From positions 229,588,001 to 229,652,000 of the forward strand of contig NC_058368.1 of the NCBI RefSeq assembly GCF_018350175.1: DNA of 64,000 nucleotides, given 5' to 3'. Source of the DNA: Felis catus. Its lineage: Eukaryota. The position numbers and the translations under genes are program-made. The notes beneath the pieces are model-generated. The model was given only the letters and a program-made list of their open reading frames with translations, was not told the origin of the DNA and did no database searches. Shown here piece after piece: positions 39,640 to 52,836 of this stretch (within the stretch, counting starts at the first letter, position 1; each line of letters begins with the position of its first letter).

Positions 39640-40490
39640 CTGTCAGTGATACTGTAAACATGTTGTACCCATTCCCCCACATATGCCATAGCGTCGCTGC
39701 AAGGATCTACCTAGGGATCCTAGGAGTGTCGTTTCAGGCTTTAAGGCTGTGAATATTTTCACACTTTCTAGATTTTGCGAAATTATTTTCCAAAGGTTGT
39801 ATTCTAATTTACATTTACATTTCCACTATGCATTTTACATCTCCTCAATCATTTCCAAGTTTCCAAATTCTCATTGATACTTGATATTATTCCATTTTTT
39901 AATTTATTGCCAATCTGATAAGCATGAAATGGTATTTTTTATGGCATTTACATTTCCCTATCTATGCATTTGAAAATCTTTCATATGTTCATTGGCCATT
40001 CTTTTTTCCTTCCTTTAAATTGCCTGTTCATTTATATCTCTTTTTTTTTCTGTTGAGTTACTTAAATGTTTTTATTTATATTTAGATCATTCTACCTTAT
40101 TGTTTATTGCATTGATGTTTTGAAATATGTTTTCTAACCGTGGCTTTGCTTTTGTATATTTCAGTTTTGAAATACCTGAAATGAATGTTGCAAATGTAGC
40201 AAAAACATCCACTTTCATTTTTTCACATATGGATTACTAATAGTCCTAGCACTCTTTATTTAACAACCCATTCTTTCCCTCCTGATCTGTATGGAAACCC
40301 CAAATCTGTCCTGTATCAAATTTCTGCGTATATGTGCTACCTCCAGCATCTCTATTATATTTCTTTGATCAATTTGCCCATTACTGGACAAATAGTACTG
40401 AACTGTCTTAATTATGAAGTTTTAGAATTTGTCTTCACATCTAGAGAACAACTTCCTACAACTTCTTTACTTGGAGGAGTTTACAAAAGA
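39640..40490 (-). mobile_element. Ancient LINE-1 remnant
   Basis: ttttccaaaggttgtattctaatttacattt; gccaatctgataagcatgaaatggtatt; catatgttcattggccattc. Confidence 0.75.
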
Positions 40491-40502
40491 ATTATAGTTT
40501 TA

Positions 40503-40687
40503 GGGGCGCCTGGGTGGCTCAGGCAGTTAAGAGTCCAACTCTTGATTTCGGCTCAGGTCATGATCTCATGGCTCATGAGTTCTGGCCCCGCATGGGGCTC
40601 CATGCAGAGCATGGAGACTGCTTGGGATTTTCTCTCTTTCTCTCTCTCTGCCCCAACCCTGCTCATGCTCTCCTATCCATCTTTCTA

Positions 40688-40718
<31 letters not shown>

Positions 40719-40720
40719 AT
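40503..40720 (+). mobile_element. CanSINE with (TAAA)n tail
   Basis: ggggcgcctgggtggctcaggcagttaagagtccaactcttgatttcggctcaggtcatgatctc. Confidence 0.95.
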
Positions 40721-40739
40721 ATTGTAATTTTAAAATATC

Positions 40740-40995
40740 ACTATGACTGCCTAGGGAGAGCCAAGAGTGAATTTGAGGAATCCATTAGGAAAAAGGTCTC
40801 CGAGAGCCACGAAGTGGTGATGAAGACTGAGGGAAATGAATGGACATAAAACATACTTAGGAGGTAAGATGGAGACGATGGCTGATTGGAGGGGAAAGAA
40901 ATGGATGATGGATGATCTCAATGCTTTTGCTTGAAGAAATACAGGAATGATAGCACCATGCTTGGACACAGAGAATCCGCAAGAAGAGTAAAGAA
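40740..40995 (-). mobile_element. L2 relic
   Basis: Purine-rich gaatggacataaaacatacttaggaggtaagatgg...gatgatctcaatgcttttgcttga, typical of antisense L2. Confidence 0.55.
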
Positions 40996-41451
40996 GATCT
41001 GTTACTTATTCAGGAAGTAGCAAATCTGTGACTCAGCCAGCATTAGACTAAGGTTTAACCCACCAAAAAAGAACCACAGTTGTTAGCTATGATTCGCTTC
41101 TGTTTCCTAACTGTCCCTACACTTGACATACTGTTAAAATACGATAGAATGTTAGCCAATGGATAGTCCTTGAATACAGGAGGTTGAAGGATAAGCTGTT
41201 GTCAGTGTATATTCTGGTACTATTTCTACTAAATTGGTTTTTATTTTGAAAAAAATGTACTATCTCCACAAGATATTAATTTCAGATTCGTCCTAGCTAG
41301 ATTTCCTGCCTTCGTAGCATTTTATCTTCTAGAGATTCCACTCTCCATTCAATTATTTGATGTACGGACATTCAAGGAAATCAAGAATTATGCCATGTTA
41401 GAACAGAAAGGAATTTAAAGATGGTTATCCCCCCACTTCCATCGCTACAAG

Positions 41452-41700
41452 GGAAGCAGTTGTGGCATAGACCTTAAGAGTTTAGGCTCTAAGCTAGATT
41501 GCCCAGGTTCAATCCCTTCCTAAAGCTTATGTGATTTGGCAAGTTATTTAGTTCTCTCTGTCTCAGGTTTCTCAAACTGTAGTGGCAATATTATCACTTC
41601 TTCATGTGATTGTGATCACGATAAAACGTGTTTATGCATCTGACAGTCTGAATTGTGCCTGGCACATAGTAAGTGGTCAATGATACTGGCTGCTTTGTCA
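41452..41700 (+). mobile_element. MIR
   Basis: ggctctaagctagattgcccaggttcaatccc...tgtgatttggcaagttattt...gtgcctggcacatagtaagtggtcaat. Confidence 0.85.
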
Positions 41701-44029
41701 TTAAGTTTACTTCCATACAGGAGATATATGGAATCCCAAATAAATGCCAAAGGCCCCCCATCACGCAGCCAGCCCATCAGACTTGGAGTTACAACATAAG
41801 AAGCGGCTTAGGTGTTTTTTGCCACCTTTGAAATATAATGCCGACCATATCTCCTCCCAGTTTGTCCCAAGTCATTTTTTTAATTACCTGATGTAACTAA
41901 TCATATTTTTCAACTGTCACTCAGTATTGCTTAGAGTTATGAGCACACTGATATTGGCAGGAACATTTGTCTTTTGGACTGAGGCAATTAACAAAATCAA
42001 GTAGGGTGTGAATTTCTAAAACCCCTGCCCTATATTGTAATGGAGTAATGAGAAAAACAGAAGAAATACATTCACATACCCTCATCTATATCTTACAGAA
42101 CATATAACTAAAATCAAACAACATTCTACTACCATCCAAATATAAGCTGGTCATAAATATAACTAAATGTTGAAGAAAATAGTTCTAAATTAAAGGAATA
42201 ACTTCTTACCCGTCTCCCAAGCACAAACTCAAATAATAAATCCTTGAAATAAGTGCCAAACTGATTTGAATTTCATTATCACTTAACTTGTTTACAATAC
42301 ACACATACCAGTTATGTCTCATATGTTTTAGCTCCAAAAGGATCTAAGGTCAAATCTGAGACTCCTCACATTTAAATCAAAGCACACATTTATTTAAGTC
42401 GAGAAAAAACGTGAAGTTAAAATGCCTATATAAAAACAGTCAGAGATTCTCTTATTCTATGATAATATTCCTCAACCCCTTCGGATTAAAAAATTATTGG
42501 GGTAGTTAGATTTGAATTATCTTTTCACATATTCTCTACCAAGCTGCTCTTAATTAGGAATCTATTAATAACATCCGATATTTCTTTACCCAGTAGAGGG
42601 CAGTGCTACATATGGAAACCAATACATTACTCAGTTCTCCCAAAGTTTGCGAATGAATGACCCCATTAACTCCTGTGCCTGGAATAACTTAATTTTACCT
42701 CTTGAAACATAGAATCAAATCCAAAGGACATAAGTGGCAATGGAGATATGGAGAAGTCAATTGTGCACATAGCTAAGCAACAATTACAATGCTGTAGCGG
42801 CATTGATAACACTTATTGTTTATATGAGTTACAGGGATGGGTTAAATAGAAATGTGCATGAGAGCCAGAATCTAGACAGTTTTTCACAATTAATATTCAA
42901 CAATATTAGAAAACATATAAACTTTCTTTTATTTTCCTCCGGCTGTCTAGAATTAGGTAAAGTCCCTGAAGACTAATGTGCTGGACAGCATCATAATTTG
43001 GTACAACGTAAATTCTACCTATTGAAGCTTATACTCCAATTGAATCCCCATACAGAGTAAGTCATTCTTTTGAATCAAAAAATTCCCAATTCATGATCTA
43101 GTTTTATGTCAACATATCTTACGATGGCATCAATATCCTAAAACTTGAAATAATAGCTCCTAATAAACCTTCTCAAAGATACTGAAATAATAACAAAAAG
43201 TCTTTTTCGGCACTTGAACACCTTACTTTTGGAACTCTAATATGTGTGTCTGAACCTTAAGGGAAAACAACATCAACTCTTTTCTACTTTGTTTCTACTC
43301 TATATTCCTACCAAACCAGCTCCTAAAAATTGCAGTGACGATTTGTCAATTATATAACTTGGACAGGTCGTCTTGAACAGACTGTTTACTTTCAAACATT
43401 TTCAGAGTACTTCTTAATTGAATCATTCCTTTAAAAGCTGTTTGATTTTTTTTTTATTTGTAAACATAATTAATTCTTAAAAGACTGAGTTCTGGATGTC
43501 CAGTCTTTAGACTATCCTCTTTTCAGACTTTAGATTTAGGAAGAAGACATTATATCTTCTTCATTTCATAAAGTACTTAGAAATAGATATTTGATGATGC
43601 TGCTGCCGTTGATGATGATGACAGAGCTTCCATGGGATTTCTTCTCTAGTCCATTATTTAACTCTTGACTGAGGAATGACTGAACGAGGATTTAAACAGC
43701 GTGAGTATGAATGAGTTAAGCATTTCCAGAAACTTTGCACTGCAGTGCCCACCCTCTTGAAGGGCTCTGTGGGGAGAAAAAATTGGTAATTGGACAGAAA
43801 ATTACTATTCAAAACAGTTACTCTTAAAAAAAAAAAAAAGCTACTGTCTACAGAAATCTCCAGGAAGCAACTAGAAATTATTTTATATTTAATCATTTGA
43901 CCTAAAAACTGTGAACTCAAATTATTCAGCTATCATAAAAAATGTATTGGTATAAACTATTCAATGAGGAAAATGAATCTAATGTGAATGAGGGCAAACT
44001 CTTTTATGATTCACAGTGAAATGATCTTA

Positions 44030-44405
44030 GTTGAGTTCTAGGTTCTGCCACGTGCTCAGCGGGTTCACCTGGGTCCTCATCTCAGTTAATTAGGAGCAAT
44101 GCTACCTTCCTTAGAAGGTGCCTGCTAGCACTACAGGCAAATGTATATAAGGCACCTATCTTAATGACCAGGCTGTGTTTGTTGCCTAGTAAATGCTAAT
44201 GACTCTTATTAGCTGTGCAAATCACTTTTTATTTGATGTTGGGCAAATTGTGGACTTCTCTGAATCTCTTCTTCATCCCTCAAGTTGGAATGATAATACC
44301 CACCTATCTTACCAAGAAGTGCTGTTAATTTGAAATGAGGTAATAAATGTGTAAGTGTGAAAACACTTTGCAAGTGATAAAGTGGTAAATAAATATTAGG
44401 ATATA
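44030..44405 (+). mobile_element. Two adjacent degraded MIR fragments
   Basis: tgagttctaggttctgccac...; gatgttgggcaaattgtggacttctctgaatctc...atgataatacccacct...aaatgaggtaataaatgtgtaagtg. Confidence 0.6.
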
Positions 44406-45236
44406 TAATTAATTGGGAATATAGACAAGAATTAAAACCGGCCTAAGGAAAGCTCTTTTGCATACTCTATCATCTGGGGGAAATGTTTAGAAAGATCATT
44501 TTGAATGAAAAGTTTTCATTGACTTGTAGAGAGCAGATCATGTACAGAACCGTTATAATTTGTGTTTGTTCTGTGGACATCTCGGTTACATGCTTCAGAG
44601 TTTTGCTTGAACTCTCATGGATTGATTTAGTGGGTCGAACAGTGTCGACTCTATGTTTAAGGGAAAAACTCCCAAGATGCACTTACATTTACCCTTTTAA
44701 GATAAATTTCTGTTTCTGAAAAGGTGAGCTTCATATTTTCACTCAAGGAAAATTTTGTTACTGCCAATTTACTGATAAGAAAACTCTGGCCAGTATTACA
44801 AGAATTTATATTCAGAGTTACTCCATATATCTGGTACTTGGGAGTTCCTTAAGAAACTAAGGAAATGGATGTTTTAAACCTATAATCTCTGAAGAAAGCA
44901 ATGCAAATGTGGAAAAGCCAGTCTTATATCCCTTGGAGGGTCATTAAACAACAAGCACCATCAAGAGCTAAGTCCTTCCTGAGGGCATCATAAAAACAAA
45001 GTGTTGAATAGCCTTTCAACTCATTTCAGTAACTCTTTCCCCAGATAACCATGGCTTCTCTGTGTCCTCCAAATGCCCATTCAGATCCGTTTTCCTCAGA
45101 GGAGAAGAAAATACTATTTCCATGCTTAAACAAAAAATATTAGTAGTGGTGAGGATATTGGTAATACCTAATGTATCCGTCCCCTGGTTTATCCATTTAT
45201 TTAATCTAGGATTACCCAAACTCCTAAGCTGCACGT

Positions 45237-45238
<2 letters not shown>

Positions 45239-45280
<42 letters not shown>
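45239..45280. repeat. (CA)n microsatellite
   Basis: Perfect AC run. Confidence 0.98.
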
Positions 45281-45282
<2 letters not shown>

Positions 45283-45309
45283 ATCACACTAACATTTAGA
45301 TAGACAATA

Positions 45310-45516
45310 GGGGCGCTTGGGTGGCTCAGTCGGTTGAGCCTCCAACTTCGGCTCAGGTCATGATCTCACAGTTTGTGGGTTCGTGCCCCGCATCGGGCTT
45401 TGTGCTGACAGCTCAGAACCTGGAATCTGCTTCGGATTCTGTGTCTTCTTCTCTCTATGCCCCCCCACTCACACTCTGTCTCTCTCTCCTTCAAAAATAA
45501 ATAAACATTAAAAAAA
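45310..45516 (+). mobile_element. CanSINE followed by (GATA)n
   Basis: ggggcgcttgggtggctcagtcggttgagc head; flanks share atttagataga. Confidence 0.96.
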
Positions 45517-45889
45517 TTTAGATAGATAGGTAGATAGATAGATAGATAGATAGGAGATAGATAATTTGAAACTTGTGGAATTGCCAAGTCTATGGTTTCA
45601 TCTTTATTTTCTTGTCCTTGTCCTTTTCTTGTGACTTGCCCCTCTAATGGTCCATATTTATAAGAACAAATGGGGTATGGGACTGACATATTGTCTACTC
45701 TGATAAGCAAATGCCCCAGCCAAGGGTAACTCTAGCGACCTATTTGAATTGTTCTTTCAATAGACACGAGTGGACACCAGATCCCGCAATAAGTCCAGCT
45801 GCCTAATAAGTCACTCAGAGCATCATAACTTAATACACACATATCTTATAATTTTCTTTCTTTTATACCTACAAATTATTTTTTTTTCC

Positions 45890-46212
45890 TTCAGTTCCTG
45901 AACTGAACACCATGCTACTTCTTACCACAGGCTCTTTGCATATTCTTCTTGCTCAGTCTGGAATGGAATACCCCTGCATCCAGGTCAGAGTTCTTTTGAA
46001 TGGACTGCCATAGAACTAAGAGCCTTCCCTTAGGAGTTCTTACCTGTAAATGTGTATCATATACCAATTACGTCTATCAGTGTTACCACTGATAGTCTTA
46101 CCCACTAGACTGGAAGCCACATAAATAGCAGAGCTGATGTCTAATTTCTCATTATTGTGTCTGGAGACACCATGTAAGCTCATAGTAGGTGCTCAGTAAA
46201 TATTTCTGGATC
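45890..46212 (+). mobile_element. L2 3' end relic
   Basis: cagttcctgaactgaacaccatgc...ctttgcatattcttc...cccactagactggaagcc...catagtaggtgctcagtaaatattt. Confidence 0.75.
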
Positions 46213-46941
46213 AAGTTAGGAGATGTAAGGTTTTAAGTAAAGAAGCAGGAATTCACTTTTGCAAGACTTACAGATCATGACGTCTCAGTCTTACAGCAAG
46301 AAAGCAGCAAAACCCAGAAAGCCTGGGAAACGCTGAGGTACTTAAAAGCATCTGACGGTTGATGTGGGTAATGGCACCAAACGTCACGCAGAGGTAGAAA
46401 ATCGTGGCAACCGCGAGGGAGCAACAGTGTGGCAAAAGTAAGATGCGTTCTGTGAAGAATTTTCAAACCAGCGCCAGAAGCAGGAGGTCCGTTGACAGTG
46501 GCCCATTGGAAAGTGAGAGGTGACTCGGGAGTATCGGTCTTAACACCTGGGAGGAGGGGTAGCAGAGGGTAACTACAGAAAGGAAATGAAGAAACAATGC
46601 TTGCTAGAATGTCCTTGCTGCTGTGTAATCATGGACATTTTCTCATACAGCTAACCAGGTACTTGTGTAGTGATTTTAACGTGTGTTTAACCACATATCA
46701 TGATAACATTTGAATATGATAGAGCAAAAATCATCATAGAGTGTAATCCATGAAAAGTTAGCTCGTTCAACTCTTCTTATGATAAGGAAAGTCAGGGCTC
46801 AATGTTTGGTTCCAGGTAACCAAGCACTTTGAAGAGAGTGGTAGGAATGAACAATGGTCAACTTTCTCTTCACCAAATTTTACACCAAGGCTAATTACAC
46901 CAAAGGCTAATTAAGCATTTGTGGTATATTTTTTTCAACCT

Positions 46942-47170
46942 ATTTTATTTATTTTTTATTTAATTTTTTAATGTTGATTTATTTTTGAGAGAGAGAGAGA
47001 GAGAGACAGAGCACAAACAGGGGAGGGGCAGAGAGAGAGGGAGACACAGAATCTGAAGCAGGCTCCAGGCTCTGAGCTGTCAGCACAGAGTCCGACGCAA
47101 GGCTCTAACTCATGAACCATGATCTGAGCTGAAGTCGGCCGCTTAACCAACCGAGCCACCCGGGCACCCT
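46942..47170 (-). mobile_element. CanSINE
   Basis: T-rich tail, (GA)n, ...cgcttaaccaaccgagccacccgggcaccc. Confidence 0.95.
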
Positions 47171-50100
47171 TCAGCATAATTTAAAGGAATGTGAAGTAAA
47201 ATGTCATTGCTGTTCAAAAATGGTTTCTACCAATTATTAAGTCATTAGTTAAAACCATGTAACTCTAATTTTGATGATATGCCTTTATTCTTCAGGAACA
47301 GAGTACTTCCATAGTTATGCTTGCATTTTTCATTTGGTAGGTATCCAGATACAGCTCTTTGCAAGTTATGTATCATATAAGCTAAAAATAATATCTGGAT
47401 ATTTGTTTCAGAACAGAAAGAATTCAAAACTAATGTAAAAAATGGCATTCCCCCAGCTGCACCCATAACAATTCCATTTTGATTAAAGAGTCAGCTCCGA
47501 GACTACAGAGAGTCTAAAATATCTATCTTAATGCACTTTAAATTTGTGACATTCAGTATTTCAGGGAATGAAGTACATTTGCTTCTATGTGCTTTAATCA
47601 GCAGATATAATGGTGAACCCTAACTCATTGTTTCCATTTTATTTATTTGAGCAACATTTGAATGCCATCATCCAGGTGCCAAGTATTCAAATAGGAGCCA
47701 TGGGGGAAGAAAAATAATTTAAGACAAAGCCCTCATGTCCAAGTAGTCCTATAGACCAGTGAGGAAAAATGCCATGGTGTACGTTCTTTTCCTTTTTAAA
47801 AAATTCATTCAACCCCCCCTTGAAACCCACAGAGATACGGTTGCTATGCCAAGTAAGAGTAGAAAATCATTATCACTTAGCTAAGAATTCAGTAACATTT
47901 CCATTAGATTATTAATGGTCACCATTAAAATTGTTTCCTTTCAACATGTTGCTGTCTCATACAACCATGTCTTCAGTTAGAACCACAGAAGATAATCTCT
48001 AAATGGCGAGGATCGGATTCTAAAGACTATCAAAAAGAGCAATGAAAAATGTTCCAAATATCATTCGTTGGTCCAACCTTTTCAACCCTGTTTTCTTTTG
48101 CCAATAAATCTTCCCGGCCAGCCCAGAGCTGGTTCTTCGGGTGCAAGAACAGGCATCAGGGCACCGTGAAAGACAGCAACCTATGTGTCAAAGTTATGGC
48201 CAAGATACGGTTCCTCATTCTCACCCATTCCATGGGGTGACAGTGGGGGAAAGTGGGAACCGGTGCTAAGTCACCACTGGCAATGATGAAGAGCCCTACG
48301 GTCATTTGCTGATTGTGACAATCTTTGTCTGAAAGGGAGAATATTTTACTTTTTGTTAGAGATGGGTTGGCAAGAACTCAACTCTGAACCAGCATCTCCA
48401 TGGATACTCATTAATTTTAATTGAATGAATTCAATGTCCAGTCTAGATACAGTTTTTCAAACCCAATTAATAAGGTACTTAAGGTGTTGGCAAAAGTCAC
48501 TACAAGGATTCTAGCTATAATTTTAAGAACGTGAAAGATGGGCAAAATGCCTAGAAATTATAAAGGAGTAGATGCAGGAATTCTAGTCGGAAAGGGGGCT
48601 GGGGGAAGATGATACCATATGCACTAGAAAGCTCCACGTATTTATATACTTGTGCGCAAGAAATTTGAATTAAAAATATCCGTTTTAAAACACCTGGATG
48701 AGAGCACAGTACTAGGGAACAAACAGCACTGCCTAAGAAAAGAAAACCTATGTCACATTCATTTTATTTCTCACTACGGATGGGAGCCAAACTTAACCTC
48801 TTATTCCAGGAACACCTTTTATCTTTTCAAATATTATCTAACTTGTCAAGAATAGCCATATCTTTTCTTCCTTTGGCAAAATTTTAATATTCTGTCTTCT
48901 ACACCAACCCATTAGTTATGCTTAATCAGACCTCTCCAGCATAAATTTTATTGAAAGATTGATTTTGTATCCCGGAGCATGCATTTTCAAAACTTGTTTC
49001 ACACTACACGGCAATGCTACATGTTACACCGTCTGAAATGAATATAATTCACATCCATTTACTCGTCCAGTTTGATCTTTGCAACATTGCTGGATGCAGA
49101 CCGATGTTGGGGTTGCCAAAGTCCACCCCTTGAGGAAGACAAGCTTCTCTAGGCCGTAATGGCCTAGCTGAGAGGAGGCTGGCGGAAGCCTGGGGGAGGG
49201 GGAGGGGGCAGGGTCTGCAGCTCAGTTCAGGAGGATTCAGGGCTAGGTCCTCCTGTGCCAGGCACTGATAAGGAGCAGGTAATGAAGGTACCACCAGGGA
49301 GAAGGCTGAAAGAAGAGGGCACCCATGTCAGCCGAGGAGGTGGGCGCCCCGTACCCAGTCCCGTCTGTAACAAGAATAGTGGGAACAGAATGAGTCCAGC
49401 CGCTGAGACTGGCAGCAGGTCAGGGTGTTAGGCGTGCAAGGTGCCAGGGTGGACGTGTGAGACAAACGTTGTGAATAGCACGAGGGTATAAAAGAACCAT
49501 TTACCTTGCCCTGGTTCCTGGCTTTAGGGATAGAATTAGTGACTTATGAAGCCCTTTGAGGGCCGATAGAAACTAAGACGGACAAAAATGGCAATGTTAG
49601 GTCTTAATTATGGAATATGTAAATTATCTTAATATACATGGTGTCATTACAATGTATTTCATATATCCTAGATACGCATCTTGATGTATAGATACAGATG
49701 GAGACAGAACCAGCTGTGTGCATAATAACGTGTTAGGTTCTGATAATTTTTTTATTCTGATCATTTTCTAATAAAAGCCTGCATTTCAAAAGTATATGTC
49801 TGAGATTGAACCTAATTCTAATGCGTCTGAGAATCAAAGCAAGGCATCGGGTAATGAGCTCAGCCCTTCCCCAGAGCCAACCTAACCAGCAAGGGGAGAC
49901 CGAGGTATGTTCAGGACCCAGCGTCAGGGAGGCAGCCCTACCTCCGAGAGCGATTCTCTCTGATTTTGCTCCCCTCAACTCAGCTCATCTCAGCTCCATT
50001 TAATCTCATTCTTCATCAGACTTGCTTTCCCCCCCACCCCCCCACCCCCCGCCCCGCCATATGGAGAAGAGAAACAAATGTTCTCTGTGCTGCCCAACTT

Positions 50101-50809
50101 ACAGATGTAGACAGACTAAATGCCTAAGGAAAATGCTCCGCTCTGAGGAGCTGGGTCCAGTCAACTCTGCAAAGGGCTGGGCTCAGGGCGTAATGCAGCT
50201 GCCTGTGGCCTCTGTTGTATTGGAGGAGGAGAGAATTTAATAAAAAAAAAAAAAAACTGCGAGTGTCAAGTTTTTTAAGTGATGCTTTTTATATAAGCCT
50301 CACATGATAGATGTTGCTCAGATGTCTGGTATGGCTGGATTATGAAGTCACGTTATAAATGAAGGAAGGGGTCAAATGCTGCTCGGAAACGTGGGGTAAC
50401 TGGGTCAAATGCCAGACCGGCAGGGACACGATTGCAGAGTTGCAAGATCACTGAAACTATGGGTGTCCACACCTGGTCGTATTCTTCTCCCACGCCCAGC
50501 CCCCTCCCCTGGAGGGTAGGCGCCTGATCCCCAGTGTTTATGAAAGACAGGGCTGGAAGACTAGTGCGCTTCCCTCCAATTCCTCCTCCAGACACTGTTC
50601 TTCCTGACCCTTTACCCTGCACTCGCCAGTCCCGAGCTTTCTCCACTATGCTTTGTGCGTGACCGTTCCTCCCCACGCTTTCCTGCTGCCCGAAGGAGCA
50701 TCACACTGCTCTCCCACTAAGGTTCCACTCCCTTCTTTCCTCTTGGTATCGTGAGATTATACCTCGTTTACACCGTTATTGTCATTTTAACAGTGTTTCA
50801 GGTAATACT

Positions 50810-51734
50810 CATGGGTCCCTGCAATCAGCCTCATCTTGGGCGATCCACTAACTAGAACAGTCACAGGACAATTGCCCTCTGTACTCACAGCAATGGTTTA
50901 TCACTGTGAAAGGAATTCTTCAGCAGAGGAAAAAGAATCTGCTGGAGGAAGTCACCAAGAGGACATGACCACCAGTTGACCTGTACCATCAGAGGCTCGG
51001 CACACCCCACCCCTTTGGCATGTACATTCTGCCCGCATTTCCCATAGCTGGAGCCATTTTAAGGATGCAGCTTGGAGAGAGTAAGGTGTTATTGAGACCA
51101 TCTGTACGGAATACATGACTGAACCCACTTAAAGACTCCAGATACAGGCTTAAGATTCGCGCAGGTAGGTGTGGAGATCTACTCATCTTGCAGCTACCCA
51201 AGACAAGCCTCATAAAGAAGGTCCTTTGCTTTATTAAAACGGCCACGTACTGCCATCTGGAGTAGCCTGCCTCTACAGTCTCTTTTTGTCCTCCAAGTAC
51301 AGGAGCTAATTTTCAATTTCACCCAGAAAGCTCCCAAGTTTTGCAAACCAAAAGAAACACCAAAAAGCTAGAGAAATCCATACACAGGATCCCTATGGTC
51401 TCTCCCCTCCAGCCTGAACAGGGTCACACTAAGTGTGTTTTCTCCAGCAGTGAAAATGCAACCACACGTATGCATTGTTTCTGCCTAAGGGAGCCAGGTT
51501 AAGAATCAGAACGCAGGGATTTTTATTGGGAGCTGGTGGTATAGGCAACTTCTGCCCATGTGTCTGCCATGAATCGTGTTGTTTATACAAACAAACCAGA
51601 CACAGCAAGACTAACTTATCAGTTAGGGGCAGAGACCAATCTGAGATCCAAGTTCCCAGGTGCCAACCAAAGGCCAGTCCTGCAAGCAAGACCTTCTAAC
51701 GTTCAATCCTGCTATGTGAACACTTTCTTGTACA
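50810..51734 (-). mobile_element. MER21/MER77-family LTR split by a nested insertion
   Basis: gtactcacagcaatggtttatcactgtgaaagga; gatttttattgggagctgg; atccaagttcccaggtgccaaccaaaggccagtcctgcaagcaag...cctgctatgtgaacactttcttgtaca are homologous to 25083-25868. Confidence 0.75.
50940..51355 (+). mobile_element. Probable carnivore ERV solo LTR nested in the MER21-family LTR
   Basis: Interrupts the MER21-like colinearity; ggagatctactcatcttgcagctacccaagacaagcctc...ctttattaaaac has an LTR-like polyA signal; subfamily and ends uncertain. Confidence 0.5.
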
Positions 51735-52347
51735 GGTGATAAAGGGAGACAAACCTATGTAAGGAAACATTATTAACAAAACTGAAAACCCTTGTGATCT
51801 TGGCAGTCACCCAAAAGGGGGGTCTATACTACATTTAGTTCATGCTAAAACCCCTGATGCAGTTAATAAATTATACTGGCAATCAGAGAAGTCGGTAATT
51901 ATTTTCTCCTTGGTCAGCTGGGTTAAATCTCAGGTTTTTATTTGGATTTTGAAGCACGGGTAGAGGGTAAATGAATTTAAGGAAGCATAAAACAGCATGA
52001 ACTAGCATGTGATGTTCTGCATAAACGTACATTATAAGGCAAAAAATAAAATCATCCATTACTCTAGAAATGGAATCACATTAGGAAGCATATGGAGGTA
52101 AGAATTTATAGGTACAACAGGGGACAATGTTGAACAATAAATTTTGGCATTCTGCTGTAAGCAAAGAGAGGTATGAACTTTTTTTTTTCAAGAGAGGGAA
52201 AAATGGAATTGAATTAGTGTAGAGAACTGTATCTACTTGGATCCTATTATGGTTCTCTTTGGTGACTCTGGAGCCTTATGTTAGGAACTGAGCTGAGGCT
52301 ATAAAAATTAAAGTGTTATTCTGACTACAAGGCTGGAATTAAAGTAA

Positions 52348-52544
52348 TTTTTTAATGTTTATTTATTTATTTTGAGACAGAGAAAGAACACGAGCAGGGG
52401 AGGGGCAGAGAGAGAATCCCAAAGCAGGCTCTGTACCACCAGCACACGGTGCGTTGTGGTACTCGATCTCATGAACCATGAGATCATGACCTGAGCCGGA
52501 ATCAAGAGTCAGACACTTAACCCACGGAACCACCCAGGCACCCC
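52348..52544 (-). mobile_element. CanSINE
   Basis: Reverse SINE; TSD aaggct(g/ta)gaattaaagta. Confidence 0.95.
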
Positions 52545-52776
52545 AAGGCTTAGAATTAAAGTATGCATTAAAAGAGCAGACTGATGTTGGGAGGAAAGGA
52601 GGAGAAGGTTAAAGGTCAGTAAGAGAGTTTAAAAGAATGAAAGTCAGAAAAAGGTCCAGATTTTGGTTCTGAGTTTCCTGACTGAAAAATGAAAGAGAGT
52701 TATTTATGGTTATCTGCTTACTTCTCATGGTCACCGAAGAGGAAACATCATCCTAGAGCAGAGAAATTTATGTATC

Positions 52777-52836
52777 CGATAGATGATGGATAGGTAGATA
52801 GATGATAGATAGATAATTAATAGATAGATAGATTGA
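52777..52836. repeat. Imperfect (GATA)n microsatellite
   Basis: gatagatgatggataggtagatagatgatagatagat. Confidence 0.9.

Noticed and set aside
43590..43685. Possible C/D-box snoRNA (tgatga ... ctga)
   Set aside because: The tgatga words come from a (GAT)n micro-repeat; no terminal stem or recognisable guide.
44530..44723. Plus-strand exon candidate (ttgtag|...AAG|gtgagc)
   Set aside because: The long open frame ends in a stop before the donor, and the peptide is unrecognised.
46074..47928. Short palindromes ctatcagtg-ttac-cactgatag (46074-46095) and ttaatggt-c-accattaa (47912-47928)
   Set aside because: Arms of 8-9 bp are expected by chance in 64 kb; the first lies in an L2 relic.
52722..52752. 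31-bp minus-strand micro-exon candidate
   Set aside because: Frame-shifting length, next to a GATA repeat, no supporting partner exons.
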